A model generated the notes under the pieces. That model was given only the letters and a program-made list of their open reading frames with translations, made no database searches and was not told the DNA's origin. From positions 30,388 through 94,387 of the forward strand of contig JAQGDQ010000058.1 of the NCBI GenBank assembly GCA_030141605.1: DNA of 64,000 bases, read 5' to 3'. Position numbers and translations under genes: made by a program. Below, piece by piece: positions 1-13,098 of the stretch. How positions within the stretch are numbered: the first letter of the stretch is position 1; each line of letters opens with the position of its first letter. The DNA comes from Tubiluchus corallicola (taxonomy: Eukaryota; Animalia; Priapulida).

Positions 1-2794
1 TAATTAACTATATTGCTTTCTGGTCAGAACTTTGGGTTCAAAATCATTACTGGACTCTCTTCGCATTTTACCTGTAGCTACGTCTTTAGTACGTTCTATC
101 GTACTTATTTACTCCAAATGGTTATTCTTTATAGGTTGTAACTTATGTCATGTGTCATCTTTATTGGCTGCTAAGTATCTATACTAAGCTTGACAACTTT
201 TTTATAAATTGTCTTAGTACTTGAAAGTAGCCTCTAATTATTATGAGGTTTGCTTGAAATTCTGCTTTCGTGAAACAAATACAAGCACGTTTAGGTAGTC
301 GTGACAGCAGTGCAACCTAGTTTGCAATCCCGTTGATGCTAAAGACAGCCAGTCGGTAACCTCGGCAAGTCGTCCTTAATACGAGTGAAGATAATTTGCT
401 TATGTGACCTAAGCTTGTGACTGTGGTGCGCCTGAAGTGTTCAGTCGTGTTTATGTTAAATTATTTGTAATAAATTGTCCGTATACCGTCAAAAATATTT
501 AAACGTGTGTTGCCACGTACCTGAATTTATACATGCTTGCAATCTAGTTGAACTTCAGTATCAACAGTTAGAAAGCTCTTTGTTGCTTACCGTTTGTCAA
601 ACTCAACATCAGGGCAGTCACCGCAAGTTTCTTGGCATAGTTGTTTATTGATTATTACTGTCGCGTGAAGCCAGGCAGCCTAGGCAGCTCTGCACAGGAG
701 CTATTGATCATGTTCAGCATCTCACTGCTGAGTAATTCGTCTGGATTTTCTCTGCCTAAACAAAAACTGTAGTTAGTAAATATAGTGCATGTTGAAAGAT
801 AACATCAAGTGGTTTATGGAATCCTTTTCCTTGTTGTTGTTCTCTATACCTTAGTTGAAACACTTGAATCATTAGTGCAGGCTGCGTTGTGTCTCGATAA
901 ACGCTAAAATTTAACATGTACTTTTGAGTGCTTGACGACTTATCTGGAGCAAGCATTTTAGTAAGGAAAATGCGGAGAAATGTTGAATGTCACGCGAATT
1001 GTACTAATGAACAACAGTATACAACTCAAACAAGTTTTATTGTCATCAGTATTTAACCTTCAAATTGTAAAGTAAGTTTTATATTCCTTGTAATTATAAT
1101 TATAGTTTAAAAATATCCTGCTCAAAAAGAAAATGAAAATCGCGTAGACATTATGACGTGAAATTACGTCCATACATCTACAATGGGATTAACTCTAATG
1201 AAGTTAATGAACACGGGATTTCAATGAACTTGTTGTCCCAGTTGATGTCATCAGATATATGGCGAATGAAAACCAATTCTGGATAAGAAAATCTCTAAAT
1301 GTTAGCTAATTTATTCTGTGCCGTCCTAACACAATTAACTGAACATTAACGAAGTCTGTATATGGTAACCAAGTAAATTGAAGCCGTGCCATAAACAGTT
1401 ATGACGTAATAAACCGATTTATTATTCAGCGACAGTCCCATGTAACAAAAAACATGATCCGCTAGTACTGTTTACTAACTTGAAAATACATTTAAGTAAA
1501 GGACTGAAAGATTCGTAATGTGTGTTTAAGCAATGCTGCATTTGTTATGCATTATTAGCAGGGGGGATATGATGCTGTTGCCTCTAAGCTTTTTTTGCAG
1601 GACGTTTAGACAAATTCCGGAATATCTCCCTCGAACATGTTAAGTGGTTTATCTGTCACGATATTTTGCACATGCCACACATTTCACTCTCTCTGTAGGA
1701 GGCGGCCGGCAACCAGCTTTAAACCATTAAAATTGCGAAGGGGGAATTTTATTTTGACAAATTGACAAGGTTCAGTGCTTTGTATGTTATTCATGTAGTT
1801 TGTGGAATGTGATAGCTAGCGTAAGATTTAAATCTTTATCTTTATCTTTGTCTTTGTTAATTATTACCTCTGTGACAGGCAAGAAAGGTTCCTGTACTCC
1901 TAGCGGGAAGCTGAAAAGAAAATTTGAAGTACGTTATACAGCACGAAATAAGTACCAGCAGTGGAGCAATATCTTATTTAAACATTAGTTAGAATAACTG
2001 ATATTATCAATTTAAGATATTTTTGATTATATTACTTGGTTAGACAGTGGTCATAGACTGGTTTAAAAATGAAAAGCATGCTATGTCAAAGGGACTGGAT
2101 GGTGAACTGTTAAGTTTATTGTGAGTTTTGTTATACAAACGGTATAGTTGCTTTTGTTTAGTGTATTTTCCAGTGATATTCTTGGCGTTGTGTGGAGGGA
2201 GTGGTAGGAACTAATCAATGCACAGAAATAGTCACATGCCTAATGTACTGCAAGACTCACTTTGGGAAGTTAAATCTAACTTGATGTGATTTTATTATGT
2301 AATAAAGCCATTTGCTGTGTAAATTTAATGTTATATGACTGCTGTAAATCTTTGCCTGATGACTAATGTGGCACTTGTGCTATGTAAGCGTTGGCACTGA
2401 AATTCCTGATTAAACTTGGGTTTTTCTACATGGTTTAAGGTACTAGGTGCTAGGATTAGTTACGTAAATCTTGCATTACTGCTCATGTTTTGGCATCGTG
2501 GTAACACATGGTCTATTGTTGACTTTAGAGATGTCAATGGCTTCAAGGGAGTTGATTTATAACTTGCACAGGCTTTGCTGTCAGATCAACCCAGGCTTTG
2601 TCAGTCGATAATTTTCATCTTTGGTAGGCTTTCTACGTTGTATGTAAATTTTGTATGGAGAACATGAAGATAAGTTAAATTTAGAAAAATGAGGTTTAAA
2701 AGAGTAACAGTGCTCAGTAAGCTTTAAAGAGAAAAGGGTAAAAGTGATTAGTTATAGCTATAGCAGTGTTCAAGAAGACAGCATTAACAGTAAG

Positions 2795-2897
2795 AGCAGT
2801 GGTGGTGGTGGTGGTGGCGGTGGCGGTAACGGTGTCGGTGGCAGCAGCAGCAGTAGCAGTAACAGTAGTAGCAGCAGCAGCAGTAGCAGCACCACCA
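2795..2897. repeat. Compound trinucleotide microsatellite (GGT)n/(AGC,AGT)n
   Basis: Direct reading; explains the spurious poly-G/S and poly-A/T ORFs. Confidence 0.9.
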
Positions 2898-5040
2898 GTG
2901 TTCACGGACTCTATAAATTTTTTTGCGACTTTGTGAATGTGCTGCGTTGTTTTAAATTATATTTAATACAGCGTATGATTAATTTAAATATACGCTGCAT
3001 TAAACTCAATGTCGTAATTCGATTTCGATTCTTACTTTACATGCTTAGAAATTCGCGCTATTCATTTCATCACCAAACAGAACTCACGTTTAAGTGTTTA
3101 ACTTGCGTGTCCCAAAGTCCCAGTTTTGCCTACCTCTAGGCTAACACGAAATCATAACGTTGCTCTACATATTTATGCGTGCTTGTAATATGTATGATTA
3201 TGAAAATTATCATCATCATCATCATAGAGAATTCCGATTATTATTACACGTTCAGGTGTCTTGGCTCCTTTGCGGGTTGAAATAGCGCGTGTCCTTTGTT
3301 TCTTGTAGATGTAAATATTATCCCATATGTTTTAGTGCACGATAGACTCTATAGTGTTATACGAATAAATATTACGCGTGAAATCGTACTAGTTAAAAAA
3401 GTCTAATTATAATGCTGCTTGTACAGGATCTGACATCTTATATACTACTTATTTTCACCACTATAATAGTTTTGTTTTGTATGTTTTGTAGCTTAGAACT
3501 TACATGATACTTTATTTAAACTGTCTCTTAGGCATAAAAATAAACAAGTTTCTTGTAAACTTGTAAGTTTTTGCATTTTGATGGCTCAGTAAAACGTGAT
3601 ACACAAAACAATGTAGTGTTATATTTATATTACTATCAAGTTCCCCTAATTTTCTTTCTTATTAATAGCATTGATCACTATAGAATATTATTTTTAGCTC
3701 AGACTGTGTTATAGTCCCACCTTTACAATGCGGCAGTGCTGTGCCTCCCGCCTAGTCATTAAAACCAACAGTTTTTTGTTTGCTTAAATAACAAAACGTC
3801 ATTGTTAGTAGCTCATTAGTAAGGCATTTAATCAAACTTCAGCTTTTACCCACCCAGGGCATTGGTCTCTCGCTTTCCTCCCTGTACTAACTTATATCAG
3901 AAGAGAGGCTTTGTTGGTTGCTAGCCATATAGGTTTAGTGCATTGCCAGTTTGAAAAAATCCAACGATTAGTCTTCCTGGCACATTTGCAGTGTAAAAAA
4001 TCTATTTGGATGATCAAAATACGTTCTGTAAGAAAGCTCTTTGTTTTTACAATAGATGCCTTTAGTTTGAGTTAGCATTTTTGTACTGTGCAATGCCAGC
4101 AACAGCATCATCAAGGGAACAACAACAACCTATTAACTTACATTCAACTCTTAATATAAAAATAAACTGAAAAACATAAAGAAATATAATACGTGTGATA
4201 TAAGTTGTATATTTTGTAAAAAAGTTTTGCTGAAGCTCTTGTCAGAATTTGGTGCAAGTGCCTAAAGTCCTAAATTAATTACCTTAAAACTGCAAAAAAG
4301 AGCAAAAGAGGCGTGCTGAAATCTTACAACCCCTTGTAAAAGATCAATTGATTTACAGTAATGCCAAAGCCTTTGCGGCTTTTGCTACTCGAGAAAGCTC
4401 TGTCATGAGATGAAGGAAAAGTGCCCTAAATTTGAGAAATGGTTGTAACTTGCGTCCTTGCCCGACAGCCTGAGATCATTTTTCACAGGTTAAGCAATTC
4501 TCAAGCAACGTTTGACAGATCGCAAAATGGTGTTTTCGTGATTTTTTGCTGAATTTATCTTGTTGCTCGTAGGGCTGGTGCTTGTAAAATTTGAAGAATT
4601 AGAGTAACAAGCTTGACTTCAGTGACCTAGTGTTGTATAACAATTTTATGAAATTATAGCTTCTTGACTATAATTTCAAAAATATTCGTGAAGTATGCAA
4701 TTCAGTTCCCGTATATTTTTCACACGGGTATTATTATTATTATTGGAATAAAAGTATAAACTGACTTATCTAGTTTAGAGTGACTGAAATTGCATTACAG
4801 TGACATGGAAATTTAACAAGTAAGAAACAGTATCTGAACATTCTTTTGTTTCCCATTTCTTTTGGCGCATTTGCTCGTGAAATACAAATTTACGTGTCAC
4901 TCTGAGCAAACTGGGATAGTATATAACTTTAACTTCACATAATGTAACTATACGTTGATTTTTCCATTATGTATATTTTGTGTATATAATGTAAATTTAG
5001 TCAAAATTTTACAAAATTAATGATTGGTAATTTTTTGTAG

Positions 5041-5147
5041 GTGAATCTGGATTGGGCAAATCAACTCTCCTTAATTCACTCTTCATGACAGATCTGTATG
5101 GTAATGACTGGCCAGGTCCATCTCAGCGAATCAAGAAAACTGTACAG
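5041..5147 (+). CDS. SEPTIN7: Septin-7 orthologue, first coding exon visible in window (P-loop/G1); upstream exons outside window
   Basis: ttttttgtag|GT GAA TCT GGA... translates (G)[35 protein letters not shown]|gtaata; septin G1 motif GxxGxGKST. The full join of 11 exons is 1163 nt and stays in frame to TAA at 16007-16009. Confidence 0.95.
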
Positions 5148-5919
5148 GTAATAATAAGCTATTTATGCAACTATTGCTGCAAGTATTAGGTCTGTAATAA
5201 ATTAGAACAATATGTTGTTGGCCAATGTATGCACAGGTCTGAATAACATGTAGAGATCAATGAAAAACAAGTGAAAACAAAGCATAACATTTTATTTGAT
5301 GGAATTAAATTTCACCTTAAATTCTCCTTGAAACTGAAATTAAACGCAATAATGCTAATACACCGTGATTCTATTTACATAGTGAAACTGCTGTGAATTG
5401 ACAGTGGAAAGTGGGTCGTGTCACTTAAAGTTCTTTAGATAATAACAGTGCCATTTCAAAAACTCAAATATTATCATTGCTGACAGTTGTAGACACAGAT
5501 ATGCACTATAACAACAGGAAACAGTTAGATTTGTCAAAACCAGTTACCATCTTGTATTTGCCTTAAAATGTGTATTTTGCAGATCACGACTGTGATACTA
5601 ACATTGGCATTTCAATTTTCATGGTCCAGAACTGTACTATTGATTTTACTGCTCCAGGGGACTGTGACTTTGTTCTGATGATACGAATTTAATTTTAACT
5701 GCAAGCTTGTGGCGACATCTATCGTTCACAAAGTGATTTATTGTAATAGTGATACATCAGTGGAGTGACTATTGTGAATAGATTGTATTTTGCTAAATTG
5801 AATTGAACTTGAGCTGTAAGTTCGTGGTGCCATCTGCCCATAACAATCTGAAACAATAATTGTCTTATTTTATACATTATACCTGTCTGTATTGTATGAA
5901 ATGATAATCCTAATTGCAG

Positions 5920-6020
5920 GTGGAATCGACAAAAGTGAGTTTAAAAGAAAATGGAGTGCAGTTACAGTTAACCACAGTAGACACACCAGGCTTTGGTGAT
6001 GCCGTCGACAATAGTAATTG
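5920..6020 (+). CDS. SEPTIN7: Septin-7 exon (G3 motif)
   Basis: ttgcag|[33 protein letters not shown](C)|gtaaga; DTPGFGD septin G3 motif. Confidence 0.95.
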
Positions 6021-7272
6021 GTAAGATCATTCAACTGCATTATCACTAAGCTCATGAATATCTTTCAGAAAGTTGGTGATTATTGATTAGATTTGTTATG
6101 ATATTCTGGATTCAATAAATGTGAAGCTATAATGTTTTGTGAAAGAATTAGTCTTGCTAGTGACTGGGCAGCTAGAGTTGCTGGTGATGAGCCAATTCAG
6201 AGTTCCTGATGACAAACTGATCAGTTTCTATTCAAGATTTCTGTTGATGTCCCATTGGGTTCTTTGCAAAATGTTCCAAAATCAGTTTTCTGTTTACTTA
6301 TATCAGTCGACTGTGTTTTCTTTATCTCATTCAGCAAATTTAAGGCTGGAATCCAAGACTTTGTTGTGCTTGTGACTGGAATGAAATCTTAGTAATTCTC
6401 TAAGCTATGAGAAAGAGCCTGGCTGGGCACAATGAACAATTACCTACCCTTGACCAGGGGAATCTATTGTCTTTAAATTTTTTGTAAGAAGAGTGACCAG
6501 AGGCAGGCAAACTGCCCAAAGCAGTTTTCGTAGCTGTAAATCTGATCATATTTGAATTCAACTGTTTTTTCATCAGCTCACTCATGAAATCAATCAAATA
6601 TCACTAATACATCCAATTGTACGCATTGCCAACTCTCACAACATCAAATAATTTTCAAAAATGTGTAATAACTAATACTAATTTTAAAGCAATAATAATA
6701 ACATTAATAACACTAATAGCACTAACATAGTAAGTACAATGAGGTTGGAAATACTTCAAAGTGGTACTACAAAATCATAATTTTTTAATCTGACATGAAG
6801 GGTGTGATCGTTAAGTTTGGTTGTGTTGTTGTTGTTGGTGGTGATGGTGGTGTTGTTGTCACATTTATTTTTGAAACTTATCGCAGGTCACAGTTTTCAT
6901 CATAGGAAGCCTAAATTTAGCATGAAGATACTACTGATCATTGCATAGACCATAACTATATCCGATTTTTCACTTTCCCAATATGGCTCTCAAATGTGCC
7001 AGTTAAACAGAGCATGACCATTAAATGTATCTGCTTTATGCATTGTTACGTTGTTGTTTTTTATTGTAATGTATAATTGGATTTTTAACAGTAATGTGTT
7101 TAGATTTTTAGGAAAAAACAGATACATGACAACAGTAAATGCTTTCTGTTATTTTCTTATGGAAAGCATTAACTTTACAAGAAGTGAACAATTAGAATGT
7201 GCCGGATCCAAACACATTGGTGCTTTCATTCTAGTTAGTACTATTTTAAATTTTTATTGTTATTCCTTGTAG

Positions 7273-7407
7273 TTGGCAAACTATCATAGATTATGTAGAA
7301 CAGCGGTACGAGGAATACTTGAATGGAGAATCAAGGGTACATAGGAAGAGCATGCCCGATAGTCGAGTCCACTGCTGTTTATACTTCATCAGTCCAAATG
7401 GTCACGG
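7273..7407 (+). CDS. SEPTIN7: Septin-7 exon
   Basis: ttgtag|[44 protein letters not shown](G)|gtatgt. Confidence 0.95.
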
Positions 7408-7596
7408 GTATGTATGCCTCATTTAGATGATGAAAAAGTCTTTGCTTAAATTCTGCAAACTTTTCTGAAATACTAATTATTCAGTGCCTGTTACACTTAG
7501 AAAATGTATATGGAATTCGTGCGGTAACACCGCTGTAACAGCATTTTCACTGCAGTCCCAAAACAAAGCTTCACTTGTTTTGAATTGTTCTTCCAG

Positions 7597-7714
7597 GTTG
7601 AAACCGTTAGATGTAGAGTTTATGAAGAAGCTTCACGACAAAGTGAACATAATTCCAGTAATTGCCAAGGCCGACACGTTGACACCCGAAGAGTGTGCAC
7701 AGTTCAAAAAGACG
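7597..7714 (+). CDS. SEPTIN7: Septin-7 exon (G4 motif)
   Basis: ttccag|[39 protein letters not shown]|gtgcgc; AKAD G4 motif. Confidence 0.95.
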
Positions 7715-8053
7715 GTGCGCTGTATTTTAACTAATTGATTATTATGTAGATGGAAGATTGAATGCTAAATGTTGAAATCTAAATCTAATAGTAGTATTTG
7801 AGAATAATGTTGGTTATGGATAGAATGGTTGTCACACTGGTAATGTTCGAGAGGTTTTAGCTTGGCAAGTGGTTTAAATCCACATTATGTTCTGATTTTA
7901 ATTCCATTCTAAGTAATTTTTAATTACCACTATTTTCTGTTTACAATTGCTTAACTACATGTAGTTGTGTATGCAATTAGCAATAACTATTATGCGGTTT
8001 AGTTACCTTTGATGAGTATTAATACTGATTTTTCTTTGTTTTTTTTTTTGTAG

Positions 8054-8146
8054 ATTTTGAACGAAATTGCTCAGCACAAAATCAAGATTTATGATTTTCC
8101 GGACTTGGACGATGAAGAAGAAAATAAAACAAATAAATCACTAAAA
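8054..8146 (+). CDS. SEPTIN7: Septin-7 exon
   Basis: ttttgtag|[31 protein letters not shown]|gtaaaa. Confidence 0.93.
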
Positions 8147-8611
8147 GTAAAAGTACCTTTATTCTTTTCATCTTTATAGTCAATTTTCGTCATTTGTATA
8201 TGTACTATATGAAATTTAGATGTGTTTTGTGATTTGTCAAATGTACTAGTAATATGCTCAAAAATTTCTAGGCTAAAACGTTAACTAATGTACCTTAGCG
8301 AAAGTCGATTTAAAATGTTTTTTATATGGAATTTCGCATATTTTTCGGAACCTGTTAATGCAAGACAATAGGGAAAGGTTAAGGTGAGATGGTGGAAACA
8401 GAGAACCGAGAAGGACTGGGAAAGGTGGGAAAAAATGTTCAAAAAAGAGGGAGTGAGGGTGGGAAAGAGAAAAAAGACTGCACAACAGTTATAGTTTTCA
8501 AGACAGCAAATATCAAATTTGTAAGTGCAACACATTTTTTTTCATATATAAGCTTATTTGGCTTTTCTTCATAAATTTTTTTAAGTTTATTATTATATTT
8601 GTATTTTTCAG

Positions 8612-8708
8612 GAACGAGTGCCATTTGCAGTAGTTGGCAGTAATACAGTTATAGAAGTAGCTGGGAAGAAATCACGAGGTCGTCGTTATCCCTGGGGTAT
8701 AGTTGAAG
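8612..8708 (+). CDS. SEPTIN7: Septin-7 exon (start of septin unique element)
   Basis: ttttcag|[32 protein letters not shown]|gtaaca; PFAVVGS and RGRxYPWG septin motifs. Confidence 0.95.
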
Positions 8709-9242
8709 GTAACACTTATTTGCCCTTTTTATGTTTTTTAAAAGCGAGAATGTAAGAATCATCATTACTTTGTAATGTTTGACAGTAAAATTTGTGTTTC
8801 TACTCTTAATTCGTGAGTAAACTGTGTACTAATCTTATTTTTGTGCACTGACATTCTATTTTGCTGCCTGGTATTTGGCCGAATCTATGCTGATTGTGTC
8901 TGTTATTTGATATAACGCTTTTTTAATAAGCTTTTACATGCGTTCCTTCTGAACTTGTTCCTGAACCATGGTAGTATAGACTGCTATGATTTAAATATTA
9001 TGTGTGGTTAATGTGAGACCGTGAGTAATAAACCGATCATAATTTGTGCAAAGTGTGCGGATATCACTTGTCTTATTTCTCTTGTCCCAGTTAGACATTT
9101 TCACATTTTTTCTATTTTAGTTTTACTTTGCTAAATGTTGACTTTATTGTTTATAGTTCAATTTTATCAACAGACATTACTGTTTACAATTAATTACATT
9201 TTGTTGCTATTATTAATAATTCTGTGCATTGGTTTGTTTTAG

Positions 9243-9294
9243 TTGAAAGTATGGATCATTGTGATTTCATTCCACTGCGCAATATGCTAGTAAG
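9243..9294 (+). CDS. SEPTIN7: Septin-7 exon
   Basis: tgttttag|(V)ESMDHCDFIPLRNMLV(R)|gtaata; HCDF motif. Confidence 0.93.
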
Positions 9295-10725
9295 GTAATA
9301 AAAAAAAGAATCTTCAACTTTCTCTAACTTTCTTTGTAAGTTAGTACAAATGTTGAACTTTGTATATGAAAAAGTTGTTTATAAGGCAAAATTTTCAAGG
9401 CAATCAAATTACGTTTCCTTAAATATTTCAATCTTTAACACCAAAATGATTAATAACATTGTGACGGGAGTGTATTGTCACTTAATATTTTTTTTGCCAA
9501 AATTATGTCTGACAGAAAGGTTATGTTTGGTGTAATTGTCCAAGTAATCCTTGGAAAATGTGCTGGCATTTTGGGATAACAAATGGACTTGGTTTCTCCA
9601 TTTTTTGTTACTTTGAAAATGCAAAATCAAGGGTTAAACCTTGTTACCTGACTTATACAGTGCTCACACTATGGAAATTTGTGGCATTTTAGTTTCTGTA
9701 AGAATGTTGTTCACACTTATGTGGTATCTAAGCAGATAAGGTCTGTTTTTGGTCACCTTTGCTTGTATAACAGTTGTCAAACAGCAGTCAAGCATTCGCT
9801 TAATTAAACTACTGGTATTCTTAAGTAGGATGAACAAGTTTTATGTGGAACAACAAAGTGGAATTTAATCCTTACTTTTAAATCCTTATAAATAATTAAT
9901 GAATATTAATATCAGTCTTGAATATTCCTAAATCATTTCTTAATGTTAAAATCTTATTAAATATTATTATTGAGAAATTTAATTATGAATTAAAACGTGA
10001 TTTATGAATATCTAAATGGGAAGGTTAAATATCATCTATGGCGATCCATCTGTAGTTTTGCGTTTGAAAATGCAGTCTTTTCTGCTATGTTGTAAGTTGT
10101 GCTACATTACAATGCCGAGTTGTTAATATGTGTATTTCTTAAATAATGTGGCTATTAGCACAGGCAAATCGGACAACATGTTTTAACATTTTTTTTAATC
10201 ATTTTTAAATTGTTTGTACACAAAATTTGTATGTTTTGAATGTTTCATATTCAGAGAAAGCAAAACTTACTGTTGAAGTAGCCAGTTGGTCTGACAGAAA
10301 CAGCCATCGAAAAAATATGGCAAAAGGCGTAATGAATTGATTGGTAGTGTGAAACATTCTGGCTTATCGCCCCCTGTCAAACAGTCGCCCCACATTAGTA
10401 ATACAATGCATTGAAGATGAAAATGGCCATTCATAGCAAGCTGTCCAGGAGTCCAACTTGCTATTATTTTTTACCTTAATTATTGTCAAACAAAAACGTT
10501 TAAATTTTTCCATGACTAGGTGTTCCTTTACAATTTAGGTCAGAAAAATTTGAAAAGGTGCTGCATGAAAGTGACAATAAATTTTTGCTTTTCCTTATAC
10601 ATAAACAATATGAGTTTATTTTAAGTCACTGCACACACTTGAGTAAAATTAAAAGCAAAGTGTTTAACTGAAGTCCAGATTTAATCCATGGACATCCTGT
10701 TTAATGTCTATTCTTTTTATTTTAG

Positions 10726-10842
10726 AACACACATGATGGATTTGAAAGACGTTACCAATAATGTACATTATGAGAACTATAGATGCAAAAAACTAGGTGG
10801 AATTTCCAATGATGGCAAATCGTCGAATAAGCTTCCAAACAA
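10726..10842 (+). CDS. SEPTIN7: Septin-7 exon
   Basis: ttttag|[38 protein letters not shown](K)|gtaaga; HYENYR motif. Confidence 0.94.
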
Positions 10843-12057
10843 GTAAGAACCTACAAAAACTTCTTGTTTGCATGTCATGCTTTACCGAGTCATCGTAATA
10901 TCCCTACTTAGTGCCTTAATAACTACACCTACAATCAGATCTAAAGGTAAAATGCATCCCATGGAAATAAGAAATTGTCAGTACTTATTTTACATACTGC
11001 TGTACTGTTTCCCTGAGTCATCGTGGAAGCAACGGTGCAGTATGTAAAAATATGTTTTGACAATTTTTTGTGTCCATCTTCTCACAAAAGTTAAAGAACA
11101 TTGTTATAAATGGTTTACTATGTTTTCAACTTTAATTCTGAAGGGAATTCCATCATACATATATTTAACATTTGGCTGTGAAAGTTACAAGTTTATAGTT
11201 TCTGCAGTTTTTAAGTTATGACAGAAAAGCTTTTGTAAGGTTAAAAAATCAAATGCTGGAACAATGTCGGCTAATCGTAAACTGAAAAATAGCCGCATTC
11301 AGTGACATATAAAGCACTTAGTACATGGCAGCAAAACAATAAAGAAATCAACCAGCTTACATCATGATCATCAGTACAGAAAATAAAGCATTCATAAAGG
11401 TTAATTACAAAATTGGGATCCTCTGCGATATGATATCTGATACAGCTCCATGCTAAATAGCAGCACAGGTAAGCACGAGTTTTAAATGCAAGTTTATGCA
11501 CACTTGTGTGAAAAAGTTTGTATTTGTATTCGCAATATATCCACAAATAACACAGGCTACATCTGCGAATTATTAAGCTCAATTTTGGTGATATTCCTTT
11601 AAACTTTGATTTAAATTGTCTCAACAAAGTAGCTGAAACCGCATCATAATATCAGTGGTAATTGTTACCATTGTATTCACAGCGATGATTATTGCTGTAC
11701 TGGGAAGTAATACAATGACAAAAAGTGCAAAATTAAAAATAAACTTGAAATTTAAGGGATATTTTCATATCCTAAGCTGCAAACTTTCCTAACTTACACT
11801 TGTTAACTTGCACCTAACTTACACTTAACACTTTAGATTAGACAAAAATAAAGACAAGCTAACCTTGGCTTTTATATAAATTCTAAATTTTATTAAAAGA
11901 TGTGTCTAAATAACTAATGTCAATTCAACTAATTCTATTGTCCCTACTGCTTATTTAAAGCTTCGTGTTCGCTAGATTGGCAGAGTTGCGTAGAGAAAGT
12001 TTGAACTCAGAATCTTCTGATCGCCAACTAAATATAATTAATGATTGTTGTTTTTAG

Positions 12058-12193
12058 GAACCCCATTGCTCAGATGGCGGAAGAGAAGAACGAGCGATTG
12101 GAAAAGATGAAGAAAACTGAACAGCAGATGGAGCAAGTGTTTGAGATGAAAGTGAAGGAGAAGATGACGCAGCTCAAAGAATCGGAAAACGAA
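12058..12193 (+). CDS. SEPTIN7: Septin-7 exon (coiled coil)
   Basis: tttttag|[45 protein letters not shown]|gtatat; [12 protein letters not shown] is characteristic of the SEPT7 group. Confidence 0.94.
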
Positions 12194-12946
12194 GTATATA
12201 TTTTGTCAGCTACTTTCTTTGTGTTCATCATAATAATACTTATCATTGGGTTAGCTTGGTGCAAGTACTTGATTAATTGACTATTCAATGCGAAGAAATA
12301 AAGTTATCATTGTTTTTTGTGAAGAAAAGGGATATTCTTATTGTTCACTTTACTAGAGTTGCTGTGTAAGCTTTAATGCCTAGTGGTGAAACATGTGATC
12401 ATTGTTCATGTTTATAAGAGTACTGTTTCATGTCTTTATAATTATAGAAATTGTACTTCGCCGACTAAATGAAAAGGTGCATATGTACAGGAACTATGTG
12501 AAAGTTTGATTGTCGCAGTCTAATACCGCTGTTTGTTATCTTATCCCATTTCCTATGTTCACATAACTTGAGAATATAGGTCACAAAATATTAATTGAAA
12601 TAACTGCGTTATTGCTGCTGATTTGTTAAGATGCAAACAAATCCAGTATAAACTCCTAATGTTGCCCCTTCAACTTTCATTCACTTTCATGTTACAGTAT
12701 TTCTTCTGCGGAAGTGTCGACCCTTTTCTCAGGCTTAGGAACTAGCCCTATTCCATTTGACAAGCTAACCCATTGGGTTGGGCCACTATTCGCCATCTCT
12801 GCACCACATTTTATTTGGTGCCAATCTTAGAGTGTTTGAGATGTTGCCCCAAAAATAAACTTTTTATTTGAACGTAGTGTTTTCAAAGCATTTTAATTTT
12901 TAGAAATGAAGCATATATTATTTTCATTTAAAAATAATGATTTTAG

Positions 12947-13098
12947 TTGTCAAAGCGACATGAACAGATGAAGAAGCAGTTGGAGCAACAAGAAAAGGAG
13001 CTGGAAGAAAAGCGAAAGATGTTCGAAAAAGAAAAGGAGGACTGGGGCATTCAGCATCCAGACCATAGTAACACGATTGGTGCAGCGCATTCAAAAGA
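12947..13098 (+). CDS. SEPTIN7: Septin-7 exon (coiled coil)
   Basis: ttttag|LSKRHEQMKKQLEQQEKELEEKRKMFEKEKEDWGIQHPDHSNTIGAAHSK(E)|gtaagc. Confidence 0.92.

Noticed and set aside
2714-3139. Gly/Ser-rich and Ala/Thr-rich ORFs
   Set aside because: Microsatellite-derived, with no splice-phase link to septin.
1-5040. Septin N-terminal exon (YVGFANLPNQV...FTLMVV)
   Set aside because: Not found by eye in this region; presumed to be upstream of the window.
6184-6220. Intronic C/D box snoRNA (GTGATGA...CTGA)
   Set aside because: Only ~37 nt between the boxes and no convincing terminal stem; too short.
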